The notes under the pieces: model-generated
Database searches by the model: none
What the model was told of the DNA's origin: nothing
The model's input: the letters and a program-made list of their open reading frames with translations, nothing else
In this document: positions 36,630-49,329 of the stretch, piece after piece
Layout of the letters: every line of letters begins with the position of its first letter
How positions within the stretch are numbered: the stretch's first letter is position 1
Translations under genes and position numbers: made by a program
Assembly (NCBI RefSeq): GCF_001194135.2
Contig: NC_068982.1
Coordinates: 113,083,234 to 113,147,233 of the forward strand
Direction of reading: 5' to 3'
Origin: Octopus bimaculoides
Taxonomy: Eukaryota
DNA length: 64,000 nucleotides

Positions 36630-37200
36630 TAATTTAAATTCAATTTAAATTCAATTTGCCAAAATAGTTTCGTCGCTTTGAGACCGCGACCTCTTCACTG
36701 ACAAAATGATGCAGCAGGGAATTTTGTCAATGGACAGGTCGCGGTCTCAAAGCCACGAAAATATTTTGGCAAATTAAATTTAAATGTTGAAGTGAATCTA
36801 ATAATGCGAAGTAACTGCAAAGTAAATCACAACAAAACAAACATGTGAATTAATTTAGACTTACCTTGTATTCAATATTTCGGGGTTATGACCCCATTTT
36901 CAAGAAATTGACGACTGTTGCCGATGTGCGTGTGTGTGAGCGTGTGTGGAGTGGAAACGTGCAGATCTTGGGTTTCTTTTGGTGTATGAGGATGACCTCA
37001 GAGATTCTAAGGTTGCTCCTGTTCCGTGCTTTGATGTGCACTGTGAATTCCCGGGTCTGGCATTTCTGCAGATGTTTCTTCATGGAATTGTATGCCTGCA
37101 TGTATGTGGGAGAGCCATTGTGCCAATATTATTAACACGTGCACTGGTTCAATTTCACACCTCTATTATTAGTGAGTTAATTAAATGTCCCACTAACCGA
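36630..37200 (-). mobile_element. Penelope-like element 3' remnant (GIY-YIG tail plus pseudo-LTR with intron and foldback)
   Basis: KHLQKCQTREFTVHIKARNRSNLRISEVILIHQKKPKI is GIY-YIG C-terminal-like; followed by a GT-AG intron (36815-36864) and an approximately 70-bp inverted repeat. Confidence 0.75.
36655..36773. ncRNA. Putative degenerate minimal hammerhead-like ribozyme pair (one per arm of the foldback)
   Basis: Stem I, core, stem II, GAA, palindromic helix III and stem I' all map by eye (see findings). Both arms carry mutations, so activity is not shown. Confidence 0.45.
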
Positions 37201-37272
37201 TTGTTTGTTTAATTTGGTTAAACAGCGAGTCCTTTGTTTTGTTTTTGTTTGCTCAAATTTATTCATTGCTAC

Positions 37273-37686
37273 TTTTCTTTGTCTTTTTGCTTGTTTCAGT
37301 CATTTGACTGCAGCCATGCTGGAGCACCACCTTTAGTCGAACAAATCTATCCCAGAAGTTATCTTTGTAAAGCTAGTACTTATTCTATCGGTCTCTTTTG
37401 ACGAAACCGCTAATTGACGTGGACGTAGACACAACAACATCGGTTGTCAAGCGATTCTCGGAAGAAAAACATAGACACAAATAACAAACACAAATAACAA
37501 ACACACACACTCACATATATACGACAGGCTTCCTTCAGTTTCCGTCTACCAAATCCACTCACACGGCTTTGGTCGGCTCGTGGCTATAGTGGAAGGCACT
37601 TGCCCAAGGTGCCATGCAGTAGGACTGAACCTGGAGCCATGTGGTTGGGAAGCAAACTTCTTACCACACAGCCACTCCAGCGCCTA
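37273..37686 (-). mobile_element. Second copy of the long CORE-like SINE, inverted relative to 36083-36500
   Basis: Reverse complement aligns along its whole length with the 36083-36500 copy. Confidence 0.85.
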
Positions 37687-38162
37687 TAAAAAATTATGTC
37701 AGAAGTGGAATTCGATCCACGCCCACATTCGTGGACCAGAATACTTGACGTTCTGGTCATGTAGCTTGAGTCTGGCGCCATCGACCGCTCGGGCATCCTG
37801 ACAACTTGCAACCTTTTTAATGACCTGGGTCTTAGTCGATTAGGGAGGCCGCATTGGTCTGCTCAAGAACTTGTTTCTTGTGTGTGCGCGCGTGTGCTTG
37901 AGTATGATGACAATAAACACCAGAATATTAATGTGAAGATAAGGAAGAGATACAAGGAACAAAGAGAGACGGCACTCCCGAGAACAAGTATGGGGTGAAG
38001 GTGAAAATTTCCTTTTCTTTATTTCTGGGACGCCAAAATTGTTTTCTTTTCCAGGTGCTGAGTTAAACGAAACTTTTATAAGGAAATATTATTTGAAATT
38101 GGCTTTATTAAAGTCTGTTTCTGTTTCAGTAAAATATTTTTTATAAGTTCATATAATTTGTA

Positions 38163-38545
38163 GTGGAGGCGCAATAGCCCAGTGGTTAGGGCAGCGGACT
38201 CGCGGTCATAGGATCGCGGTTTCGATTCCCACACCGGGCATTGTGAGTGTTTATTGAGCGAAAACACTTAAAGCTCCACGAGGCTCCGGCAGGGGATGGT
38301 GGCGAACCCTGCTGTATTCTTCCACCACAACTTTCTCTCACTCTTACTTACTGTTTTTGTTGTACCTGTTATTCAAAGGGTCAGCCTTGTCACACTGTGT
38401 CACACTGAATATCGCCGAGAACTACGTTAAGGGTACACGTCTGTGGAGTGCTCAGCCACTTGCACGTTAATTTCACGAGCAGGCTGTTCCGTTGATCTGA
38501 TCAACTGGAACCCTGGACGTCGTAAGCGACGGAGTGCCAACAACA
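38163..38545 (+). mobile_element. tRNA-derived SINE (third family) with AAC-type tail
   Basis: Head ggaggcgcaatagcccagtggttagggcagcggactcgcggtcataggatcgcggtttcgattccc (A and B boxes); ends gtgccaacaacat. Confidence 0.85.
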
Positions 38546-40761
38546 TATAATTTGTTACTCTCTCCAGAGCTGAATCCATACCGATTTCGAACGTACATTA
38601 TATCTCAGATTTTTGGTATTCACGAATTTACACCCGAACTCTGTAAGTCATTATACAAATTTTAACCAGAGATATTTGTTCATACACGCGACAAAAATTG
38701 TTTCAAGCGGCAATATGAATCGTGTTTTTATACTGACTTCGAAAGGATGAGCAGCTGAACCAGCTTCAGAGGGATTTGAACTTGGTGAGACTTAATATTG
38801 CCTATTGACTGATTCAAAGTATATCACTCTTTTCAAATTACTTACTATAGCCTTATTGCAATATGCTTCAGGCAATTATCAGCTGAGCAAAAGCAATGTG
38901 TGCTGAAAATAGCCATCACTCCAAATTGCTGAGCAAATACTTAAGTGTCACCAGGTGAGAAATCACAACTGCTGCTGTAACAGAATCGATATCTGGAATA
39001 TTTATATCTTATATCGACACCATGGAGATAGCATACATCATGGCTGGAAGCTGGAAATTATGATTGACAGTTTAATTCATTCTACTTAAAGAAAACAAAG
39101 CAAACTACTTATAATTTATCATAGTCACTGGACTTCAAATGAAGCTTCAAAGGATTTCAGGAAACTATTGTTTTATGTTGGCATCAAAGAACCGACAGAT
39201 TACATTTTGTTCTGAATAAATAAGTCTACTGTATGTGTACACACACACACACACACACACACACAAGCAATACACCACACATACACACACATACACACAC
39301 ACACACACAATACACCACGCACACACACATATTTAAATATTTAAAGTAGTAATTTATGTCGTTTTAAATTATATACTTTTATTTGTATACTAGTCAACAG
39401 AAAATAAACAGACTGTGTGTATTTTAATGACTTTACATAATGTACAGTGGTCAGCTTTTAAAGTTGAAGATTTAAGAAAATAATTGTATGTTTTTAGTCT
39501 GTCCATTCGATGGCCGGCATAGACTTCTTCATTAAGTATCTGATAGAAGATTTATATTTGAAATACCAATTGTAGGTTAATTTTTATGGTCGATAGGTAT
39601 TAATTAAGGTAGTTCAAAATGTATCATTTCAGGTTATTAAGTCAATCAAAAGATCAAGACTTTGAATATTTAGACGATCATCGAAGTAATAACTGATTTC
39701 ACTTCTATTTCTTCCGTCCGCCATGATAACAATTGAATAGAAAAGTAGTGGCTTTCGTTTCTATTTGCGTTTGTAGTCTGTCTTTTCATCAATAATTTGA
39801 TATAAATATCTTAACTATTACAAAGATGCTGCTGCAATGACTTGGTTATTAAGATGTGAACTTGACTAAATCTTTTAGTGCATCATCACTTTTTATAATT
39901 ATAAATTTGATTATCACTGGGTATTGCTAGTTCATTCAATTTTTCAGCCTCTGTACACTCTAAATATACATGACCTAGATTTCTATTTAAAAAGCATTGA
40001 TTTTTGAAACAAGTGTCTAACTGAATCAGCAATGACATGAAATGCAAACTCTAACTATAACAATATATTACTCTCGTTAGATACACATTTTTTTATTCCT
40101 ATTCTTCTATTTTCGGTTTCACTTGTCTTTCCTTTCTTCATTTTCGATTAGTTTTCGTTTGCTGCTCTTGGTGGCCAGTATCTCACCACTGAAGCTCAGT
40201 CATAACATAAAAAAGAAGGTCGTAGAATGATAAACAAAGTTCATATTACACGTTTCTTGTATAGACAGCCGGCGAACATCCAACTAAAACTGATGGACAG
40301 ACCTCTGTACGCAGTGTTATTGGGTCACTTTCGCAAAAATCAATGTTATTAGTATGACAGTTCTCTATCGTTATATAATTGTTGTATCCAATATTTACTG
40401 ACTGATGTATAGAATTTTTGTAAGTAAATGCTATTTCAACTACACAATATGTATGTGTGTGTGTACACTGTGAATAAATAGGGACAATATATCCAAGCGG
40501 GTGCCCTACAAGCACGCTTGTATAATCTAATTTACGATTACCCACATCATTGGATTATAAACAGATTATTGAGAGTATAGCAAAGAAAATCCAAATAAAG
40601 AACGCGAACAATACATCAACACACTTTTGTTTTTCATTATTACAGTCAATTATACAGCATATTTATAAGGTCGAATTCATAACCCATTTTATAGCAGTAT
40701 CAGGTTTCTAAATGTTACTGTCTCATTCTTTGCACTCAAAACCCATCGTCCAATACCAAAT

Positions 40762-40890
40762 ACTAGAAAAGCACTCAGAGAGAATAAACCTCCGCCAAGC
40801 AGCTCATTTCCCCCCATGTGCACGCATGCTCTAAATCGCCCAATTTCCCAAATCAACGCCGGCAAAAAATAACCTCCTTGGCGGGGGTAA
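40762..40890 (-). mobile_element. Minimal (about 130 bp) HINE-like element
   Basis: Minus-strand 5' ttacccccgccaaggaggttat and 3' cttggcggaggt..ctctctgagtgcttttctagt (subTIR, hairpin remnant, CTAGT end). Confidence 0.65.
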
Positions 40891-41019
40891 AAAAATAATA
40901 ACACAGCCATATGATTTTTTAAAAACCCTCTAAAAACAGGAATCGTCTGAAGCAGTTATAATACATCAATCAACTAGCAAGCTAGTTTCACCATACAACT
41001 AAAAAGAAACAACAATTAC

Positions 41020-42300
41020 CTAAAACTTGAGTGATACACAGACAACATCATGGTCGGAAAAGTAACAGTTGGTTACGGTGACTTGTGGACGCCGATCCTG
41101 GTTCCCGTAAACATGATCTAGCAGGCTTCCATAGTCGGTGGTGGTGGGTTTTTGGACTAGTTGGTCGAACCCAAACTGGTTCGTAGTTGTCAAGATCTCA
41201 TGGTTAGAGGAATCAAGGAGATCCACGTTGAAATCATGAAAGACGATGGTCAGGTGATTCCTTGGCAAAAATCTTATAAGATGATCCAGGTTGGTGAGGG
41301 AAGGAGCAACTGGTACGGAAGATCTGTAATTGGTGATCATATTGATATTTGTTGACGAGATGGTCACCCCAACAGCGGTGTACTCTAAGCCACTGACATT
41401 CAAATGTATATCGGTGGAGGTGATCTCCTGCTTGGCAACAGTCATCACCCCACCTCCACGCCCCAGTGCAGTAGGCCTGTCTGCTCTAGTGATCTCCGTC
41501 TGCGGTAGGATGGATGTTACTTGTTGATTTGGCTTAAAGAACGTTTCCACGAAACAAAACACATCAACATTTTGAAGAGTGTTGGCCACTTTCAAGTCTT
41601 GTTCATGTTCAAAGTAGGACCTGATATTGAGCAGTCTGATCTGCAGTCCTCCATGAGTAACTGTGGGAGCAGCAGAAGGCAAAGTTTCAGACGACGTTTG
41701 CTGTATAAAACTGTCCATTTCACGAACAACAGATGGATTAGTGCGGATTGCAGTGGCATCAAATCTAATCAAGAAGAGACCACTCAAATGCCGGACATGA
41801 CTCAAAACAACATACGCCTGGCCAGGCATAAAGGAACCTCTGGAGCTAGATCGACATTTCTTAATTGATCTTCCTGTAGCAGCTCTCTTTCTTTTACAAC
41901 ACCTTCGTCTTCTTCTTCCGCATGTTAGAACACCAAAGCATCCCAGGCATCCTCGGGAGGTTCCATCCTTTTCAAATCGCCATAGGCTCTGTCCAGTTCA
42001 TCACCGTTAACACTGAACATGGCTTCGTTAGAATGGACAGTAGCTTCGACGCTTTCGTAGTGTTCTTGATAGGATGGATAGTCAGCTTTCAAATCAATCT
42101 CTTCATCTCGCCATGGATAGTAAAGCATCAACAGGTTCCTGTATCTGCCTTTTCCTTCCTTCTTTTCTTTGTGGAACTTTATGATGCAGTGGCGCTTTCG
42201 TTTTTTCATGCACGCCAAGCTGTTTTTTAGAGTGATAACTTTCGGGAGTTTATCTGCAATTTCTTCGGTAACTGAATTATTGCCACTAACTTCTATTGGG
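41020..42300 (-). mobile_element. Internally deleted Helentron (Helitron2): Rep/Hel linker, PIF1 helicase C-terminus and APE-type endonuclease
   Basis: PKVITLKNSLACMKKR..LLMLYYPWRDE..EDAWD linker, then GQAYVVLSHVRHLSGL (PIF1 motif VI-like) fused in frame to an EEP domain (LLNIRS, FVETF, GRGGGV, NYRS, HDFNVD, LLDHVY, FSDHD), an uninterrupted 269-aa ORF at 41020-41829. Confidence 0.88.
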
Positions 42301-42539
42301 GCTCAGAGATATATAACACACTGCCTAAATACCAATCTGCAGAAATTAGGCTTCTCAAAACCAGAAAAGAGTAAGCTGATTCGAAGACTTCAGAGCTAAT
42401 CCATCACTGGAACTGTAAAAATTGTAAAACTTTCCAGAAGTTAATCATTTAAGTATATATGAGCATGTGTAGACATGTAACTATATGTATGAGAATGCAT
42501 GCATAAAACGAAACATAGAAATATGCACACATACATACA

Positions 42540-42570
<31 letters not shown>

Positions 42571-42849
42571 CCTGCTGATGTTGAAATTCCAATGATGGAG
42601 CCTTGGATCTAGGTTAGAAACCGTCTCTTTCTCTATTGGAAAGAAATCTTGAAATGTAACTGAATAATGACATACATACATATTAGACTGAGTATGAAGT
42701 GCGGTTAAAATGATCTTTCCCACTGAATATACAGGATATATAGGTGTATGGGAAATCTGTATCGTGGAAGTCGATAGCTGATAGAAAAAGACAAGAAAAG
42801 AAACAGTAGGGGAAAGAAATAAAACTGCATTTTCCAGTGCTTATTTGAG

Positions 42850-43410
42850 CGTGGACTAGGAGGTTTATTGCCCCTTATATGTTGGATGACTTTCGGAAGT
42901 AAACTGAGGGTTGACGATATACTGTAAAGCAGTAAACAATGCAGTCACGTGTTCATATTAACTCCGGTCCTAATTTCGAAATGACGTACTTTATTCTTTT
43001 TCGATTCTTTCCTGCGACACTCTGGTAGCATATCTGTAGTACCGGAGCTGTGACTTCGCAATACAGAGAGATGGTTGCTTAACCTCGAGGGACTCCTTGA
43101 ACTTAGATCTATGTAGCCTGTCGAGAAACATTACTCCGGAGAACATTTAGTGTTCACAATGACAGGTCGCAGCTCCGGTGCTACTGGCATGCGATTAGAA
43201 GAAATCGGATTCTTCAAGCCAGGCCAACTGGTAGGAGACACAGACATAGACCAAAAATGAGATGGTTGGATAATATCCATAGTATCAGTTGGTCAAGCTT
43301 GGGAATCTATCTGGGAAGTGTAATGACGGTTGTTTCTCAAAGGACCATATGGTAGAGGGTCTTGAGGTCTCTATCCCCACGACCTTGCATGAAATACTGA
43401 GAGAAGATGG
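42850..43410. mobile_element. Two divergently oriented RTE-like LINE 3' fragments
   Basis: SQLRYYRYATRVSQERI on minus (about 43070-42990) and SQLRCYWHAIR..RPKMRWLDNI on plus (about 43165-43280). Confidence 0.55.
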
Positions 43411-43662
43411 ATAGATGTATTTTATAGATGGTTTGCTTTTACACCAATGTACTCTTACGTCAGATACATCATAGTCTTCATATATAATAAGTATAGAAAG
43501 TATTAGATGATGGATGTAATAAACTGTGGTTATGCGGTTGTAAAGGTTTAACTATATTCTGAACAGCGAAATAATTATACCGTAATTCGTATCGGTTCTG
43601 ATGATCATGAATTTAATTTTGTATCAGCTATTGCAGCCATAAATAATTCTCATCTCTCGGCA

Positions 43663-43769
<107 letters not shown>

Positions 43770-44824
43770 TATCAACTGATCTGAATATGCTCTACTTATA
43801 TCTAATGAGACTGAATCAAACGTTATTTGTTGCTTTTACCAGCTGATTTAAGTATATTCTGATTTAATATATTCTTACCGAGCATTTTATATATTTTCCA
43901 ATTTTGTATCAATTGCTTTATTAATTGTCCCCTTCGTTCGTTGTATTTGCATTGTAAATGCATCAAAGGGTGTTTACGTTTATTAATTATATGGATAATC
44001 TCTTTTAATCGAAAGTGTTCATCCCTCCCTATTACATATGTGAAATCTTTTCTTTCATTTAGTAATTAGTACGCTCCACAGATAACGTTAAACTACCGCA
44101 GAGGTACTGTTCAACCAGAGACAACGCTGTTCCACTAGAGCGGACAACCAAAACCTTCATCCATAGATATTGGTGATAGCGTTGAAATATTTTTGTCAAC
44201 TGTATTATTTCAATAATATAACTTTGTTGTTTATCATCTTACTGATTTTCGTGATTTTGAAGTGATTTTTCTTAGCTGTAAGATATAGTTTTAGTTCCAA
44301 ATTAGTTATTGGCTACAGTCAAGAATTATGTCATATAAGTTTTGTTGTTTATACAAAATAATTCTTTACTCACAAAACACTTCCAACATTTACTCTCACC
44401 ACCTCTCACATCCATGAACTCCTACTATAACTAGGCAATGCTTTATATCTCCGCTCACTCCATAAACTTTCTCTCGGCTCTTCTTTCCAACCCCAACATC
44501 ACTCAAAACCCAGAGAGAAAGTCAAGCATTATTTCGAAGTAACAAGATGGAATCCACGTAAAACAAGATGACAAGAGGAAGTAAGAAAGAACAGCGGCGA
44601 AGCTACAAGAGGGAGAGTAGGGATAAAATATCAAAAACTAAAATGAGGTATCAGAATGTAATGAAGATAAATTACGATAATGGATGAACGAAATAGGAAT
44701 AGTGAAATGGGGAGAAAAAAGACTTGATTTCCAGAAGAATGTACTGCATATTTATTTAGATCCCTAGTAATACTAACAACAATAAATGAGAACTGTGGAA
44801 AATAATTCTTGCGTTCATGTGTGT

Positions 44825-44874
<50 letters not shown>

Positions 44875-47800
44875 TGTGTGTCTGTGTATGTCGCGCGTGC
44901 GCACGTGCACGTGTGTGCGTGCGTGTGTGTGTGCGTGCGTGTACATGAGCAATAAATTATATATTTAAGTATTTGACCACGTATGTTAAATTTGATTGCA
45001 TGAAGTTTCCAAAGTTGTCATCTTTAAAATAGCGTGTTAGCTCTAAAATGTATTTCATCAATTTGAAATAGATGCTGCAGTTTTAAAACCCATAGAGCCC
45101 GAGGAAAAAGTTTAGAAACTAACACAATACCACAGTCACAGCTGTTTTATTTTGGTACGAGATAATTACACAGCAGCTGTAATTTCTAAGTCGAACCAGA
45201 CGTTCTTTAAGCTTTCATTTATAGCCTAAGACGTATTATCACAACTTCTCTTTATCAGATTATGTACTGTGTTTCCACTGTCAAAGGAGCATGTTACAAT
45301 TATTCTCCATTCCACTAATATTTCCTTTTAAGTAACATTTACTATTTATTTCATTTTCGACATGTTTTTATCATTATCAAAAGCCTAAATTAATAAAAAA
45401 CCTCATCAGTCATTTCGTCCAAATATCATAAAAGAAAATATTATGCCTATATAAAAAGCACTCTACTTCATTTGCACATTAAGTAATTGAAACAGTTTAT
45501 GATGGTTAGTTGAACATCAAAACACACTATTATAAAATTGAAGGTTTATTTATATGTTATAAACTGAATCTCTCTATCGGAGTGTTGTAACGACCAAACA
45601 TTATATTACTCTATTGTATAGAAACCCATTACACTGCCTTATATAACCGAATACAACTTTAAAGTAATTATATTTTCTCAGTCACTATGTTGGCTGCGTA
45701 GGGAAATTAAATCTAAAACAACTTTCTCCAAATGTTTTATAGAATAATTTTACATCAATATGATCAACATAAAATAATCTAAATTTCTAGACAGAATTGC
45801 TGCCAAAACTACCGTTTCTGCAGAATGCAGCAGAGAGAGAAACGACAACAGACATATCTTTGAAAAATGTTCTAATTATACATAATGCTCTATTATAATA
45901 TTATTTCCGGTTATTAAGCCAAACATTATGGCGAAACACTTTTAATTCGGCTTGTTTAGAATCACTTAAATTCTTCACTAACAAAATGCTTAAAATCATT
46001 TATTTTATTGTTTTTTCGTGAGTTTTAAACAAACAGCATACATAAAAATATATACCTTACTATGGACAATAATTAGTTTGAGAAGTAGAGGTAATTACTC
46101 AGATCGTATTCATATTTGTGACTAACAATGAAAAATCCAGAGGCAACAAATATTTTAATTCATTTTCCTCCTTGATTCAAATATTTCAAAACGCGTGCTA
46201 CTAAATCTAATTCCGGCATCATAACGAAAAATCCTGCCACGATCGTCTTTGCTTTTCATCTCCTCGGAGTCACTGAGGTAAGGCACTCGTCAAATACAAG
46301 GCTGGAGTTAACTGAATATATCATCTCCAAACAGTGAGGCCATGTACCAAAATAAGAAATCAATATTCTAAAACTTTTGCAAATCGCTAATTTAATATTT
46401 AGCAATATTAAGCTAATTGTTGTTCTTGTTTGTAGACTCAAAACCAAGTTTGTCCATTCACTGCTTGAAAATTGTTTTTCGATAGAGTGCATATAGCACT
46501 ACATTTTAAATGTTACAGTGTGATATGAGATATATTTGGCTGCTATTTCTAACCCGCTGTGCTAATACATAAATACTTTCGTATCGTGTTCGATAAATGA
46601 ATCGCTAATAATTCGGATCACTAACAGGGTTCAAGAATCGCATCACGTCTCTGCTTATAAATTTAAAGAATTAAATCATTACTATTAATTACTCAGAAAC
46701 GCTATCCGGTTTTCAGGAACAGTTAAGTATCAAAGTATTTAATATAGTGAGAATTGAGAAATACTTAGGCAGCGAGGAAACGTAATAGTGATTCAGTTAC
46801 TATCATTTAGAGTGTTTGGTTAATTACAACGGGAAAATAATATTATAATTTGTGTATGGACATGATTCTTAACTGGCTTTGTCTACTTAGCTGTAAATGG
46901 GTACTACCAGCGTGCTGCGGTAAGACTACTAATTTCTAATATTTCGTTAATTTATAGACCTGAATTTAATAACTCCCGTAGATATAATTGATTAGAATGA
47001 AACTTCTGTGCTTTGTACTGCTACTACAGAAATTCTACTTCTCTGATCTGGTTAGCCTAGTACCACCCTCTCGAGCAATTCCGATTTATTTTTCTCTGAT
47101 TCTTTTGTCACCTACATTGTGCTCAGGCTTACAGGCGGGGAAACTGGGGTTTGATACAGTTCTATGCCCAAGACGTCCTTCTCAAAACTCCTGGAAATTT
47201 CTTCCTATTCATGTTTCTCTTGTAGCCATTAACTTATGATGAATCACGAGGAAATTTAATTGCATCTTTCTCACTGGTTTCCAAAGATCTTTCAACAGCT
47301 ATGAGTATAATCTCTCCTGCCCCCCCCCCTAAAAATAAAACTACACACGATTCAATGTTCATTTTATTCTTTTACATGTAATAAAATAACTAGCAATTGT
47401 ATTGTAGGGTCAACTTCCAGACAAAGGAGAGGCAAAATCGATAGTAACGGAAAATTCCTGACTGAAGTTCAAAGCCTATCTGACTGAGACTCCATTATGC
47501 TTCCTTCCATTTCCTAGAAAGTAATGGTCTTCATAGGCAAGTAATGCTCTTCATGTGGCCTACAACACATCAGACCAAGCGTTTTGTGGACCTGTTCAAC
47601 GTTACGCAATATTACAGTCCACGTTGTCATAATAACGATAAAAACGGACTAAGGTGTGAGAAATCGAGTATAAATCTTCATTAAAGAAACCCAAACAGAC
47701 GTTATTTTCATATTTAAATTTTATGAAGTCTTTGTTTATATCTGCACTTAAACGTTCATGATCACGAATAATACGTGAATATGTAATTATATACAAATGT

Positions 47801-49329
47801 GGTAGTTAAAGAAAAGTTAATAAACACGTGAATAAATATGAATAAACATATTTGTTGAAATACAAATTTCAACTTAAAATATTAAATACAAAAGATTTTC
47901 TGATGCAGTGATTGAAATTTTGTAAACATGTACCTGTTAATGAACTTGTTTATCTCTTCTTTTTAATTTGTTTCTTACGTTGCTCTCTCTCTCTCTCTCT
48001 TTCTTTCTTTCTCTCTCTTCCTCTCACACCCATCCCCTCTCCCTCTCTATATATATCTGTGTGTCTATATACATACATACATATATATATATATATTAAT
48101 AGTTATCGCCAAGCTAACATGGCAGTCCAAAAAAATAGGACGAATGCTGCCGTTGTTTCGCTCCAAGAGGCCATCGCCTTTAGCTAGCTATGTGGCACAC
48201 GAACCTGTGTCCATTATAACCTTCAGATAGGGGAGGTCAGCTGCTTCCCCTTGCTTGTCTGGCATCTACAGACTAGTTTCAANNNNNNNNNNNNNNNNNN
48301 NNNNNNNNNNNNNNNNNNNNNNNNNNNNNNNNNNNNNNNNNNNNNNNNNNNNNNNNNNNNNNNNNNNATATATATGCATATATATATATATATTAATAGT
48401 TATCGCCAAGCTAACATGGCAGTCCAAAAAAATAGGACGAATGCTGCCGTTGTTTCGCTCCAAGAGGCCATCGCCTTTAGCTAGCTATGTGGCACACGAA
48501 CCTGTGTCCATTATAACCTTCAGATAGGGGAGGTCAGCTGCTTCCCCTTGCTTGTCTGGCATCTACAGACTAGTTTCAAGGTATTTGCCCGATATCAATG
48601 AAGAGCAGCCGAACCGGGCACGTGTCGCTACTGACCGTTTGTTCGAAGGATTATTTACCTAATTTCAGTGGAATACATTCACTGGTTTTCAAAATATATA
48701 TATATATACGTATATGCATACACATATATGTATGTATGTATGAATATGTGCAGGTGTATATGTATGTGTCACAAACAAGTACTCCTGGTAACATGTATAA
48801 CATGTATCAATGTTGAGTTGAAACGGAGTAAACTAGCTCACCCAGTAGGATAATCTAATTAGGAGAGTTATTAAATATCTGTCAAAGGGCCGATAAACAC
48901 AACGTACGACCAATAGCTATATTGCATCAAAATATGATATATAGAAATATGCAAGTTGCTGAACAAGAGCATTGTAAGGCCACTAGTTAGAAAATCCATG
49001 TAGGCGTTCGAAAACTCCGAATTTTAAATGCACCATTACGTTGTGTGTTGCCTTGGTTTACTAAGTAAAGGTGAAGAAAACTGTAATATAAAACCGCAGT
49101 TTGTTGATCCTGCTAGTGATGTTAATCTCTTATTGTCACTGGGAAATAGTAGCAAATATTTCGAGGTTGATTTTGTTGTAGATACGTCTGGCCCTATGAG
49201 CCCTACAATATATAGGTACTATAAAGCACTGCAATACGTTGTATCTAACAATGTTATTAATATCTAATCTAATAGAAAGCATACCTCATCTAGCATCTTA
49301 TGCAATGTTTGTCCTTATCCTCCGTGTTG

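Noticed and set aside
48090-48579. Apparent approximately 190-bp direct repeat either side of a gap
   Set aside because: Identical copies separated by Ns: assembly artefact.
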